A stretch of DNA of 64,000 nucleotides from Octopus vulgaris (lineage: Eukaryota). The position numbers and the translations under genes are program-made. Of this stretch, positions 27,563 through 42,300 are shown in pieces; position 1 is the stretch's first letter; each line of letters starts with the position of its first letter. The notes below the pieces were generated by a model. That model was not told the origin of the DNA, did no database searches, and was given only the letters and a program-made list of their open reading frames with translations. The DNA is taken from assembly GCA_951406725.2 (NCBI GenBank), contig OX597825.1:33666001-33730000 (forward strand), written 5' to 3'.

Positions 27563-28702
27563 CGAAGGAATCCTGGAACTCTTGCGAAGTGATGCCTTTT
27601 AACGCCTCTTTCGTTGTTTTCTTCACCTCTTCCACATCTGCAAAATGTTTTCCTTTAAGGACTTCATTCGAGGGAACAAAAAAACCACAAGGAGCAAGAT
27701 CAGGTGAATAGAGATGATGGGTAAGCAGGGTTATGCCAATTTTGAGTGTCTCTCACTCAAAGCGCACTGTCGTGATGAAATCACTACTTTCCACTTTGCC
27801 ACAGGTCAGAGCGTTTTCGTCACACCGCATCTCGCAAATGCTTCAGAACTGCCAGGTAAAATGTCTGGCTAACTGTTTGACCAGGAGGAACAAATTCTTT
27901 GACGAGAATTCTTTTCGCATCGATGAAACAAATCAGCATCGTCTTGATATTGGACTTCACTTGACGAAACTTTTTGTGGGCGTGGTGACATTGAACGCGT
28001 CCATTGACTTGATTGCTGTTACGTTTCTGGGTTGTAGCCGTAGCACCAGACTTTCGTCACAAGTGATGGCCTTCGAAAAAAGGTCCGGATCAACTTCCAA
28101 CTGTTATTTCAGTTCACAACACGCATTCAGTCGTGACTGCTTTTGATCTTCCGTGAGAAAATGAGGCACAAATTTTGCTGTAACTCTTTTCCTTCGCAAT
28201 TCCTCGCCCAAAATTCGTTGGGAGGGAGGTCTAGTACACAGCAGTCATATCAACAAATTCGTCGATTGTTCGGTGACGATTCTCCAAGATCAGTTCTTGA
28301 ATTTTCAGGATGTTTTCTTTTGGGACGTCAACAGTCGCCCTGAACGAGATTGGTCTCCAAGCGACAAGTGACCATTCTTAAAGCGCGAAAACCACACGTA
28401 CACTTGTGTTTTGCTCATGGCAGCGTTCTTGTAAGCTATTTGAAGCATGAAAACGGTTTCGGCCGCCTTTTTCCCCAGCAGAAAACAGAATTTCACGGAA
28501 GTACGTTGTTCCTTCGTTTCAGCTATCACAAAAATCAACAAACAGAAAAAGAAAAGCCGCACTACGTAGCAGAATGACTTCACTCGACGACGTCAGTTGG
28601 CAGGCTGATCCCTGAGGGTTTCATCAAGTGGCTTCTAACGGCGAATTCCTGAACTACCACGGGCTTATCCCACAGGGAACGTTTCCGGTTACTTTTGGGT
28701 AA
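27558..28702 (-). mobile_element. decayed mariner (DD34D-type) transposon, 3'-truncated at (CA)n
   Basis: EQRTSVKFCFLLGKKAAETVFMLQIAY..AMSKTQVYVWFSRFKNG (HTH), ITCDES (catalytic D motif), FADVEEVKKTTKEALKGI; ITR-like end next to TA at about 28700. Confidence 0.88.
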
Positions 28703-28938
28703 TATATATATATATATATGCTACATACATACACATATATTTCCATATGACTGCCATATGATTACAGCTGTTTCATAACCTTCTTAGTGTAGTATCAATT
28801 TCAGTAGGAAAAATTATTCGTACATGTTTGCATCAATATGTATGCTCAGCGTTATATAATACAGCTGTCTATTAACAAATTAAGGCAACTAAAGAAAGCA
28901 GTCATCAAATCACCGAAATCTCTCTCTCCCCCTCTCTT

Positions 28939-29053
<115 letters not shown>

Positions 29054-30039
29054 GTGTGTGTGTGTCTGTGTGTGTGTGTGTATGAATATATGAAGGCGTG
29101 TGGCCTCGTGGCTAGGGTGTTGTTGAGCAAAACTTTTCATTTCACGTTGCTCCAGTCAACTCAGCTGTAAACGGGTAACCCTGCAATGGATTAGCTGCTG
29201 TCGAGACTGCCTCCGACTCCACCTAGTTTCCGACCCGTCGACCTTGTCATCACATCTTTCGCCTTCGCCTTTTCGCGACCGTCTCTGCCAGCATCCGTCG
29301 GCACGCTACGGAAGCTTACAACCTGTTGTTGTCCCGTTGGCGATGTCGTCTATTACAACTGACCTGGAGTTAAACAACAACAATGAACCAGTGAAGGAGG
29401 AGCCTCTAAGTTGTTGCTCGTCTACTAGAAAAGAGCGAAATTCTCTCAAATTATATCGTAATGTTGAATAAAATATGACTCTGGATAAAAATGACATGAA
29501 AGTCATAGTTAGAATGCCTTTGATCACATATCGGCTTGATTAGGGCTGACAACATGGTTAAACAACAAATACGAGAACGGACCATTACCTAATTGCCCGA
29601 CTTGTTAGGAACAATAGCCAAATATTTCACAATTTCTTTTCTGCTATCGTTTTAAAAAATAAAACTGCGTTTTGTCGAACGTAGTCTCACAGGACATTAA
29701 TCAGAAGGGATAGTCAAAGCTAGAATAACAGCCTTTGATCATAAGATTTGCTTGACCAGAGCCGATCGGGACGAATCAAGAAAATCAATTACAACTAATG
29801 GGAATGGGAAATCCAAAGAAAATGCTTGAAGCTTGTGTTGAAACTGAAAGAATTACGATATGAAATAGCTGTTGTAACTATTTAGCAACACATAAACTAA
29901 TAATTGTATTCAATATCAAACCATGAGAGAGAGAGAGAAAGAGGGGGAGAGGGAAGAGGGAGAGAGAAAGAGGGGGGAGAGGGGAGAGAGAGAGAAACAT
30001 GAGTGTTATTTAATTTCACATTTTGAATATATAAAAAAC

Positions 30040-30210
30040 GAAGCACTTCTAAAACCGTATACAGCAATACAACATTTTTCGTCTCGAATTCAGTCTTAAC
30101 AAATATATTAATTTTTTTATAATCTTCCTCGGTGATCAATAGTCTTTCAGTAGAGAGCATAGCTAACCCACACAGTCTATTGTCACTCATTATAGAACGA
30201 AGATTCGAAG
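30040..30210 (-). mobile_element. hAT transposase C-terminal dimerisation remnant
   Basis: MSDNRLCGLAMLSTER matches the hATC pattern MS..RL..LA.LSIE. Confidence 0.6.
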
Positions 30211-30232
30211 GTTCGATTTTATATACTACTTA

Positions 30233-30397
30233 GGCGCAGGAGCGGCTGTGTGGTAAGTAGCTTGCTTCCCAACCACATGGTTCTGGTTTCATTCCCACTG
30301 CGTGGCACCTTGGGCAAGTGCCTTCTACTATAGCCTCGGACTGACCAAAGCCTTGTGAGTGGATTCGGTAGACGGAAACTGAAAGAAGCCCGTCGTA

Positions 30398-30470
<73 letters not shown>

Positions 30471-30697
30471 GTGTGTGTATGTTTGTGTGTCTGTGTTTGT
30501 TCCCCTCCCCCAATATCGCTTGACAACCGATGGTGGTGTGTTTACGTCCTCGTAACTTAGCGGTTCGGCAAAAGAGACCGATAGAATAAGTACTAGGCTT
30601 CCAAGGAATAAGTCATAGGGTCGCTTTGCTCGACTAAAGGCGGTGCTCCAGCATGGTCGCAGTCAAATGACTGAAACATGTAAAAGAGTAAAAGAGT
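30233..30697 (+). mobile_element. SINE family A, full-length
   Basis: tRNA-like head ggcgcaggagcggctgtgtggtaag, internal (TA)n(TG)n, tail (taaaagag)n. Confidence 0.9.
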
Positions 30698-31612
30698 GCC
30701 GTTATCAAAGGATCGTTCTACAACAACGACAGTTATATCTAAGGTTTAGAAAACCATAGTACAACGTAGAAAGGTTAGAATAAATGGAACACATGACATC
30801 GGTAGTTATGAATTTAAGTACATTGTTGAGGGTCAGTTATTCGACACCTCAATTTATCATACTGCTAAAACTCACTATCTCTTTGTACGTGTCTTTGAAT
30901 AAAAGACTCTCCCTGTCCGAATTCAATTTTACCTCGGGCGACGTCTGATTATGTGTCTGCCAAAAATTCTAATTTGCTCACCATTATCTATGTTGACAAA
31001 ATGTGTTGGATCAAATGCACTAAATTTGAAACCTATATTTTTAAAAAGTTCATATTTTTTATTTTGTTGTATCTTGGGAGGGCCATTACGCTAATAATAA
31101 TAATAACACACGCACTGGTTCAATATAACTTCTTTATTGATAGTCAATTGGTTAGATATCTAACCAACTAACTAATTGATTGTTTTGTTTAATGTGCTGA
31201 TTAAACAATCAATCGGTTCTTTTTTGCCGATCATTGCTTGTTAGCTATTCGCGACCATTTTGTTTATTAGGCTATGAGGGTGTAATGTGCCCCAGGAGAA
31301 ATGTTTACTAGTACACAACCTATTATAACCCGAGATAACTATAGTACAACTACAAGCACAAGATATTTTGTGAACATAATAAATAACTTAGTTGTTACCT
31401 TATAGACACCTGACTTGAAATAATAAGGTTCAATCTAAACAATTAGAGATTAATAAATGAAGAATGTTCGTTACTATTCCCAATGTAAGGATAGTACGTG
31501 GTCAGGGAAATTCATCAACGTCAAGGCGGGATCAACAAATTTTGACTTTACTCTGCATTCTCAATCTCATTATCAATAAACTGTCCTAACTTTCACTTAA
31601 AAGTATCGACTT

Positions 31613-31671
<59 letters not shown>

Positions 31672-34639
31672 AAGTTCTGCCCTGAGTCTTTTATATCTCT
31701 ACTTTGTGCCAGTTATAACAAAACCTAAGGACATGAAGTAGGATTCCACCATAAATTTCTGTCAGGCATGAAACAGCCCGTCATCCTTTGCAGTATCATT
31801 GGAATCTTTGAATTTACCTTCTCTGAGCTACTTGAATTTTGCTTTAATACTACTTTTTAAACCAATTCATTGGTTTCATTCTCTTTCTGTTCTTATTTAT
31901 GTTGCATGTTTTTTTATATAATTTTCGAAAAGTTGAATCAAGTGAGAAGCCGTTAGCACGTTTATGCTCCTTTTGTGTAAGTATACGTATAAATTGGGTG
32001 TCTTGTATAGCACTTTAGAATAACTAGGAATTCGTAAATATTAAGTGCTTCCGGGATTCCCTTTGCCCAAGCAAGCTGTTTAGCAATACAGATTTTTTTT
32101 CATCTTACCATGCAGAGTAACTACTTCAGTTGTTAAACATGACAAAAGCAGCTCACATTGCTGGCTTTCTGAACCCAATCTAGCAACACAAAATTTAGTT
32201 AGAGTCAGTACAAAAGATCTGATATGATTGTGTTGTTCTTTTAATGCTGAAAGACGAGATAAATTACCAGAGAAATCAAAAAATGATGTAGACATTTCTA
32301 GTGTTCTAAAAAGTAACCTCGTTTTAATAATGAAGCTTACTGCATACATTAAAACCAAATTTAACTTGTGAATATCAACGGTGTAAAAAGAATGCACTTG
32401 GAGTCATTTCTCCACTCTTTGTTTGAAGTCTAAATATTTCACACGACATGGTGCTTACTCTATAGTAAGACCGACAGTAACACATAGTTATTAATAGCCT
32501 TAAGCTTTGATTGTTAGAGAAAGAATATTGAAAAAATTCCAATCCTTGCTCTAGATAAGTCGCTCAATTGTATAAATTGTTCCCCTATATCACAGTTTAT
32601 TTTTTACATGTGACAAGGATAAAGAAAATTCTGCTGATATTAATAGGAGAGTCGACAATTATTGCAAAGAACTTAACTGCCTTGATTTAATCTATTGTCT
32701 TTGATCATTTTGTATTTCTGGACTAAGATATGTTGCTATAAGGCAACCAAACCAATTCGTTGAACAAACGAAATTTCGAAACAGAATTGATTTTTCTCCG
32801 TCTTTTCGTGAGTTTTACTTTCTGAGAGAATCGTTAGAGCGTCCCACAAAATGCTTTGCAGAATTTCTTCTGATTCTTTACATTCTGAGTTGAAACCCCA
32901 CAGAGGTCAGCCTTGCCTTTCACCCATCTTGGATCGCTAAAAACAGTACCAATCAAGTGCTGGGGTCGATGTCACTGACATAACCCCTTTCTCTCAAAAT
33001 TGCAAACTTTATGCCAAAATTACAATCAGTTTTCAGTGTACCTGTAACACAGGTTTCGTAACTAGCTTTTGGAAGACTTCAGTCATCTTACCGATCTGTA
33101 AAGAGCCAGCAAGCAAAACAAAGCATAGTCTTTGCTCTTGGTGGGAAAGCATCAAGTCGCTATTTATATAACACCCTCTTTTAACTTGTTTCTTGTTCCA
33201 AATTACTCTGAAATGACATTCAGCCTCAATTCAAAATACTATCCAAATTATCTTAAAGACCTGATTGGCAAAAGCCTAACTTGAAAAAAGAAATGTATGA
33301 AATCATGTGTTACGGATATTTCACAAAACTTTCTGCACTTGTTGTTCAATGATCAAACAGCTTTACTTCGTAAATTTTATTCATTGGGTGAAATAAAATG
33401 ATAGCGTCTTCTACGGGCTCCACTTCTACCACTTATGTAGCCACAGTAGCCAGGGTAAATCACTATACTCTAGGCGGAAAGTAGGCAGCTGCAAGTTTTT
33501 AGAGAATCCTACCTCAGACTGAAAACCGTTTCATTTTCCAGAGCTGAAGGCAGCTAGCAAGCCTTCAGAAAGTTCTATCTCTAGCCCAACCGATGTACGC
33601 TTGCCGAATGAAAAGTAGATTACTTGTTTCTAGTATACAAACGACTCTTTTTCTCAGTTTTTAAATTTCTCGAGCTTTCTATCTTGCCTAGATACCCTCT
33701 TTTCGTCACTATTTTTATTTTTGGTTTCTCCTTATCAGAAAAAAAGTATATGGTAATTTTTTCATAGCGTCCTCATAATAAAATGCAATATATAATAGAG
33801 AGCAACCTACAACCTGACAATCATAAATTGTTTTATGAGATCTTTGTGTTGTACCAAAAGTTCATGAAGCAATTATGTTTGTTTATGTCACAACAAACAA
33901 TATCAGTAAACGACAAGAATATATTATATTATGATAATTTGATTTAGGGCATTGATCCTTAGTTCATCCCTGGCATTCAGTTTTATCAATAAACGAGTTG
34001 CGTAAATGCACACTCATATCTCTCATATTACAAAGTAAAAATATTCAGCAACTATAATATACATAATTGTATTTCTACATTCATTAGTTTTATGTTTGTG
34101 AAATAAGGTCAGTATATATAAATACGAGCAGGTAGCATCGTTAGCGTACTGGACAAAATGCTTAGCGGCATTTCTTCCAGTTTTGCACTCTGAGTTCAAA
34201 TTCGGCCGACGTCTACCACGTGGTTACAAATCAAACTTCTTAACCACACAACCATACGTGAGTGTTAATTTACGAGCAAAATTTTCGTTTTGTAGCTGCT
34301 TTCTAACATAGTACGCTACTTTTCAAATACTTTCTGCTACTTTTTATGAAATTAACCTGGCAAGACTGCACTGAGCTTCTGTTTCAAGTGATACTCCGAG
34401 AAGTTAAGAGGAGTTTTCGTTGGTGAGTAAAAAGGAAAAGAAACTATTTGATTACTTCTTTCGTTGTAGCAGTCAGTTAGGGGGAAACTACCTGATTTTT
34501 GCTGCTGATGTGGTTTGGCTGCCAGCTGGATCTATCCTATGTGTATTATAATATGAGATCAAAAGTTTAATTGCCGTGATGAGTAAATAGTTTATTTAAC
34601 GTTTCGAGCTTTTGATCTTTGTCATAGAATGAAGTTAAA

Positions 34640-35110
34640 GAGTAACTCTCGCAATTTATCGCACGAGCTAATTTCCAATAAATTAATCGTTGATGACATA
34701 AGCCATAATCAACTTGCTCAGCAGTTCTACATAATTTCATGGAGATGTCTGTTCACTGTCCGTTGTCTTCGTTACCGTCTCTGCCCAGAAATATCTGCAG
34801 TTGTTAAGCTTCAGTGTGTGCTTGCCCATCGTCAGCTATGGCATTCCAATACACCCACCTCTCCTTGGATCGTTGTTGCCAGCAGATAGGTCCCATTCTC
34901 TTTCTTTCTCCACCCTCCACCACATATATCGTTCAATGTTGTTTGGTAAAAGTCCATCTGAATTTTTCCTGCCATATGGTACGCTAATGTTCATATGGTA
35001 TCAATTGAAATACTTGGGGTACATCATAAGTTCATCACCATTCCAATGATATGCTCAGAACGTACAGAGCTCCAAGAGATCTCGCTCGACGTATAACATT
35101 CTGCCAATCC
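34640..35110 (-). mobile_element. very degraded LINE (RTE-like) RT remnant
   Basis: Weak fragments such as SAGNND and CIGMP.LTMGK resemble the post-YLG region of RTE RT. Confidence 0.3.
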
Positions 35111-37074
35111 TCTGCTACAGGCCGATGCGTTACTTTTTATGGATCTCAAAAGGATAAAATGCAAAGTTGACTTATGTGGGTTTTGAACTTACGACCCAGA
35201 TGCCGGAGAAAATATCGCAAAGCATCTATCTACCCAATTAACGACGCTGCTAATTCGACAACATACCGCACGTGCAACGGTCTTCCGGGTAGTTTCCATC
35301 TATCAAATTCCACTCACAATGTATTGGCCTAACTCGAGGCTAAAGTTGTAGACTCTTGCCGCTAGTACTGCCGCACACTAAGACTGAACTCAGAATCATA
35401 GTGTTGCAAGACAGATTTTGTTACCCATACAATCATATCTGTTCATAATTCATTCATTGACATAGTCAGACACAAAGACACTTTTGTTAACCTCACCTCC
35501 GCTCTCTCATGCACACGTCTACCTACGGGAATATAATATACATTATTATGATAAAGAAACAATGGTTTATAAATTGTAATTAACAATGACAAAATTTACA
35601 GGAAATAAAGACAAACAAAAGAGCGATATATAGAAAACCTATTGTTTTAATCAGCTGATGAAATCTGTTCTTAATATTTATTTACTTATGCTCTTCTTGG
35701 TTTATTTTTACGTTATAGAATGTACACCTTCCCAGTTTGTAATACTACACTTAGGAAACTTACCGAGGAAAAGTTAATAAGTGTAGCCTTTGTTCTTCGA
35801 TATATCTAAAGTTGGTATTGTATGTTCTATAAATGTTAGCAATCAGTCCAACAGAAAAGATCCTTATACGTATACACATCTGTATATTGATGTGAACAGA
35901 CATAAATTACATCAGATTAAGTAAGTGTACCTCTTGAATGAACAATCCTATGATAAAAGAAAATTTTAAGACTTTAAACAATATTAAAATACAATTCCAA
36001 TAAAACTTTTTATTCAAATTCCACACCCGATGGTGGAAGTTTGTGGCTTAGTGTTTAAGGGTGCTGGGCCTCATGATTGCAGGATTGTGGTTTTGATTCC
36101 TGGACTGGGCAATGCGTCGTGTTCTTGACCATAACTCCTCCAGTTAGCAAAACTGAATAATATGATGAAGTTGCAACAGTCCTAGCAAGCCGGCGATGGA
36201 TGGTAGACCTGCCAAAAGAGCAAGCAGTAGGGAACTTCTGGACTGACGGGTCATAGGCCTACCCTGTAGTTGGGTATTACCTCTTCAGTCCGTGCTCTGT
36301 GGTATATTTGTCCGCCTTGAACAACAAGGTCGAAATCACGTGAGCTGGTGGTCTCGACGCTGGAGGTGGCGGGGATTTATCTCCTCGCTAGCCATATAAA
36401 CAAGAGTGCATTTGCACCTAAAATCCAATGTGAGAGTTTCTCTCATAGTAACTACCGCAATATAGTTTGTTCAAATGGAACGTCCACGTTGTTAATATTA
36501 GTCGTTAATATAGATTTCGTACAACATATTAGTTCTATGAAAAGTTGTTTTGTCTCCCTGACTCAATGCTTCTCCGTTTCTGGAGAAAAGAACACTGCGA
36601 GTGATTTCCACGATTTTTCGCGAAGCGAAATGTAGGTGAGTTTGAGAGAAACAGATCAACCTTGATGTTTCACTGGTGATTTATTTAACGACTCCCGAAG
36701 GATGAAAAACAAAGTCGACATTGGTGGAATTTGAACTGAGCGTAAAAGTAACAACAAATACCGCATGGCATTCTGTCCAACGTTCTAACAACACAACTCT
36801 CTCTATTTCTTCCCCCCCATCTCTCTCTCTCTATTTCTCTCCTTTTTTCTTTCTCTCTGTCAACTCACTACCTTGAATATAAAATTTGCAAGTTTGCAAC
36901 TTGTTCTATATAAGATGTTTTCAGATTCAAATAGATAAGACCGCCTAAAATTGACTCCATGTACTTGAATGCTACCATTTTTTGCCGATTAAAATCTTAA
37001 ACGCAAACAGGATTCAATAGTTGACTTAATACAGCACATCAGTTGGAAAATTCCATTCCGATTCGTTGGCGTTT

Positions 37075-37985
37075 ATCAAAATCTGTCTCTTCTACCTTTC
37101 TGAGTTCTACAGTGATTTAGGTTACCTGAAAAATTACGCTCATATTGCATGCCAAAACTAATCTGCATTTCTTCTTGCATTTCAGTGGAATACATTTGAA
37201 GCCATTTACAATGAATCAATCCATTTTCCGATCGACATTTATTTTCTATTGATTTAGTCAACGGAAAGGTAAAGCCCTTGACACTTGTAAGGGCCTCCAA
37301 AACTGGGGTCTCTTCGACTTCAACAATGAACGAAAATCGTGTTGCGAATGATAACCGAATCAGTACCTAAGACTGGAAATTACCTTCAGAAACATCAGTT
37401 CTGCAATTTCTTTGAGTTCACAAGATCATATGTATAATAACGGAGGATTTTGAGAGAAGGGAAATCTATATATTCAACAAAATTAAAAGAATATATTCTC
37501 TGTGTACATTAGATCAAAACTTTTTAAGTATTCAATTCTAATACAAAGACGAGAAGAAAAATGTCTATTTCACAATGTTGTCCAATATATGTACACTCAA
37601 AAAGATGTGAGATTTTGAACGAGAATTGCTATACACGTCCTTTTGTGTGTAAGATGTACTGCACCCGTAGTGTGTAAGTTGTGCTACACACATTGTACAT
37701 TTTACTTTCAAAAATGAAATGTCATACCCTTTGGATAGTCTCAGATGATGAGGATGATGATAAGGATGATTGTGATGGGAGGAGAAAGAAAGGGGAGAAT
37801 GAAAAGAATAGCCGAAACAGTATCATAGAATGGTGATTACATAGGCAAATCACAGTGGAACACATTTGACGCTATTTACAATGAATCAATCCATTCGCCG
37901 ATCAACAGGTTTTTTATTTATTTATTGATTTAGTCAATGGAAGGGCAACGTTCTTGCCACTTGTAAAAGCCTTCAAAACTTGTGG
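37075..37985 (+). mobile_element. two copies of a BEL/Pao gag (DUF1759-like) fragment
   Basis: About 130 bp duplicated (37180-37305 and 37852-37982), reading WNTFEAI.NESI..PID...IDLV.GKALDTCKGLQ across frameshifts. Confidence 0.45.
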
Positions 37986-38139
37986 ATGGAAAGAAGGAAG
38001 TACTTCGTACTGTAAACCTGGCTTGAACACTTACAGCTGATTGGACTCTGTTAAAAGTATCCAAGGACCAGGTGATGATGTCTAGCAAATTTCTGTCAAA
38101 CGAATTTCTCATACAAGACCTTGGTTGACTTGGAGCTAA

Positions 38140-38440
38140 TCTGTTTCTTAATCCTTAAAATCCATGTGAAACATAGGGCACCAACAGTAGAACTCCAACT
38201 GTCACGATCTTTAGCAATGGATTGTAGTTGTCCCAATGTGTGACCGCCTGCCAGTGCCTCAGTTTCTGTGGACCTTCTCTATATTGATTTTAGTCTATCA
38301 CGTTTGCATCTCCCTAGGGATGTCCATCGGAGGACTTGATTTGTAATATTAGACACAAGTTTCTGTTGGATGTATCCCAGTCAACCCTAGTTCCTTCTCT
38401 TCATATGGATTTCGATAAGTTGCTGGTTTGCTTGTTCCCA
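38140..38440 (-). mobile_element. RTE-type LINE 3' coding remnant
   Basis: Degenerate RWTS(P)..R.KR.R and AKDRDSWSSTVGALCFT, typical of the RTE ORF2 C-terminus. Confidence 0.55.
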
Positions 38441-38987
38441 CATGCAAAGAGAATATCTTAGCTATATAACCATACCACTGTTTTGTTCTGTGTGAATATA
38501 AATGTATTGACGGTTACGTGCCTTTAGCAGCTTGCTTACAATAGACTACATTTATCTATTTAACAAGTATCTGTCGTAAACTTTTTATATGCCCCCTGAT
38601 TACGTTTTAATCACAATAGCTGTATATATAAGTAAAGGCATGTTTGTTAAAAGGCTTCTTTTATATAGCGTGGATTTGGAAACAACGTAACTATTCTAAT
38701 TCGTTTGCAACTCAATCTATTGTCTACAAAGCCAACAGGCTATCAACCAGTTTTCGTAATTATGTAAGTTCAGGTGTATTTGCATAAAGCTAAAATTACC
38801 CATTGTTTGAAATTCACATTTATATAATTGCTGAACGAAGAAATCGCTAATACTATATTATCGTGTGAACAGTTTCTCTATCAAAAATAACAGGATTTAT
38901 TCATTGGCCTAGTGTTTATAATAATAATAATAATAATAATTATAATAATAATAATAATAGTTATTATGACTATTATTATTATTATTA

Positions 38988-39076
<89 letters not shown>

Positions 39077-39077
39077 G

Positions 39078-39690
39078 AAGGCAGCAAGCTAGCAGAATAG
39101 TTATTACACCGGGCGAAATGCTTAGCGATATTTCATCTGCCGCTACGTTTCGTGTTTGATGTTGCCTTTCGGGTCGATAAAATAAGTACAAGTTGAACAC
39201 TGGGGTCGATGTAATTGACTCATCCCCTCTCCAAAATGGCTGCCCTTGTGGCAAAATTTGAAACCATTATCATTATTATCATGATGGAAGGCGGCGAGCT
39301 GGCAGAACCGTGAGCACGCCGGGCGAAATGCGTAGCCGTATTTCGTCCATTATTACGTTCTAAGTTCAAATTCCGCCGAGGTCGACTTTGCCTTTCATCC
39401 TTTCGGGGTCGATTAAATAAGTACCAGTTACGCACTGGGGAAGATGTAATCGACTTAATCCGTTTGTCTGTCCTTGTTTGTCCTCTTTGTGTTTAGCCCC
39501 TTGTGGGTAGTAAAGAAATAGGTACTTTCGTCTGCCGCTACGTTCTGAGTTCAAATTCCACCGAAGTTGACCCTGCCTTTTATCCTTTCGATAAATTAAA
39601 TATCAGTTGCATACTGGGGACGATCTACTCGTTTGGTTCCCTCCCCACAAATTTCAGACCTTGTGCCTATAGGAGAAAGGGTAATTATTA
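39078..39690 (+). mobile_element. cluster of SINE family B copies including a head-to-tail dimer
   Basis: Head ggcggcgagctggcagaa, B box gagttcaaattcc, core gcctttcatcctttcggggtcgat..taagtaccag (Deu/Nin-like core by inference). Confidence 0.85.
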
Positions 39691-39693
39691 TTA

Positions 39694-40086
39694 TTGTCTT
39701 TGCACAGCTTCTATCGCTGGAGACGTACTACGGTACATAGCTGTGAACTAAGGTAACATCCCTTTTTTTATTCAAGCACCTTCCGGCGTAATCGAGCGGT
39801 TCCAAGCAGTGCTGTTTTCTGCGAGTAATCGACCCTTATTGCAGCCCCTATTTGTTCCATGTACTTCTCAAGATTTTTACTCACTGTTCCCAGGGCTCCG
39901 ACAATTATTGGTATTACTACCACCTTTTTCATCGACCACAACTGCTTAACCTCCCAAGCTAACCTGTCATATCGATCGACTTTTCTTTCTTCCTTATCGC
40001 AAACCTTGTTGTTAGCTGGGCATGCTTATCTATGATCCAGCATCGTTTGCTTTCTTTCTTAATTTCAGACCTAGTAGAAAGGGTTA

Positions 40087-40128
<42 letters not shown>

Positions 40129-40815
40129 GTATCTTCTTTCAATTCTGTTTCCATTTCTTGTCGAGTGTCTTCCTCACACCTAGAGCAGAGAAACGCACTG
40201 TATACATTGGTAAGCCATTAAAATAAACACACCAAGTTGTCCATTGACAAAGTCATATGATAGAGAAAAGGGGGGAAGAAAGACAAAGAAAAAAAAAAAT
40301 AAAAGTAAACAAAGAAAATAATGGGGGCGGGGAAATTCACAGTGACAATGCTCTTCTCAATACGTGTAACGTACCAGTTAGAACAAACTTTTGCACTTCC
40401 TGTATGGACAGTAAACCGGGGATCATTCTTAAATAATTTTCAGTTACTTTTTTGATCATTCCAAGTGCTCCTACAGGTATTGTAACCGTCTTGAGATGCC
40501 ACATCTTTTCGATTTCGATTAGGAAATCTTTATATTTTCTGAGCTTATCAAATTCTTTTGCCGATATATTATGGTCACAGGGTATGTTCATGTCAATTAG
40601 TAAATAAACTTTGTGGCTTTTGTCTTTCACAACAATATCTGGTCCATTTGCTTGGATTGTCCGGTCTGTACATACTGGGAAGTCCCAAAGAATAGTTACA
40701 TTTTCTCCCTCAGGGTGGTGCTTGTACTATTTGTCAGCAGTTTTGATGTTATAATGCCGACGCATTATCAAAGTGTAGATATTGGATAACTCTGACATGT
40801 CTTGATTTGTACTCT

Positions 40816-40895
<80 letters not shown>

Positions 40896-41216
40896 GTTTG
40901 ACTTTTGCTTTCCATTTGTACAAGTTTGCTCCAAGTCTCACCCAGAGACCTCAAGAGACAACAGGTTGGAAGTTCATGTTGTTGTTATGCCTAGTGTGCC
41001 ATATATTTGGGGTTTTTTTTTAGTGTTGTACTAGTGAATGTCTATAAAAAAATTTAAAAAAAACATACGAAAATTATGTTTGTTTTAAAACTTGAGATTA
41101 CATAGAAAGTATTTTGCGTAGGATATGAGCAGTTCCCATGAGCACTATCTTTTGAATTTTTGCCATGTTTGGGTTTCCTGGTATCTGAGTTAGGTAGCAA
41201 TCAGACCCTTTTGCTA

Positions 41217-41218
<2 letters not shown>
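39694..41218 (-). mobile_element. three distinct R4/Dong-type LINE 3' ends (restriction-like endonuclease) separated by (TAA)n
   Basis: VDRYDRLAWEVKQLWSMKKVVVIPIIVGALG (about 39700-40080); ILWDF..TDRTIQANGPDIVV..LIDM..P.D....KEFDKLRKYKD (40131-40800); IQKIVLMGTAHILRKILS (40893-41218). Confidence 0.85.
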
Positions 41219-41298
<80 letters not shown>

Positions 41299-41559
41299 TA
41301 TTATTATCATCATCATTATTATTATTATTATTTAAAATAGTTTCTTCGGCACCATGCAGCTTTAAGTTTGTGTGTATGTGTGTGTGTGTGTGTGTGTGTG
41401 TATTTGTGTGTGTGTATGTGTGTGCGCGCGCGCGTCTATTCGAGGGCACATGGCCAAATGATTATGACGTGTGTTCGTTTCGCTGACCCGGTGGTACTTT
41501 GTGTTCTTGAGCAAAATACTTCATCTCACATTGCTCTGCGCCCACTTTAATTAAATACG

Positions 41560-42300
41560 AAAACAACACTGGGAAGGCCTAAGCGTAGGTATAGGAAAAG
41601 TAATATGTTATGATACAACCCTGTATTTACCCTAGCAGTAAAAAATGATATATCTAGAAATTTTCTTAATTTGATAGATCACCTTTTTCCTCCAGAAAGT
41701 AAGTAGAGAAAAAATATTGAATAGAAACTGCAATAAGGTTAGTTATTCAGTTTTCAAGAATTTCAGCTGTTATTTCAGAGGCTTTATTGCTGCGAAGCTG
41801 AATAGAAGAGTGATGCAAACAGCTTAGCAACAAATATCATGCAGCTGTAAAATTCGTGAATACTGTCCACAAGACGGTAACTGTTTGGAAAGTCGATTGT
41901 ATACAATGTCAAGGTTGGATCAAACAGCAGTGACGAATCTAAAGTATATATCAGGACAACAGAACTTACATCCAAAAACCATTATTACAAGTACGAATAT
42001 TTTTTGTAAGCCCCGACAGAAAATGTGCGAAAACTTTGTCGAAGTTTATGTTGTTCTTGTGTGAGGAAGACCTCACGAATTCAAAATTACCCAGTCTATT
42101 ATAGATAATGCGCAACTATACAGGAACGGGAGCTTCACCTCAGAAATGCAGTGTGACCTTTGTCTGAGCAAAACATTGAGAACTTTGACTAAATGCAGTA
42201 ATAGTTTGAATAATAGAACAGAACAATGTATACAAGCGGCTAAATATCTTTTATGCAAATACAAGCCTTCTTGAATTTTGTTCTGATTAAGAGGAAAAGA
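41560..42300 (+). mobile_element. degraded Penelope-like element of a third subtype
   Basis: RKSNML*YNP, NRNCNKVSYS, KVYIRTTE, TLSKF, CDLCL and LNNRTE follow the RKRNIIWFNPP...NRNTVKVSYSC...YIG.TE...C.LCL.EK...LN.R.E pattern. Confidence 0.65.
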
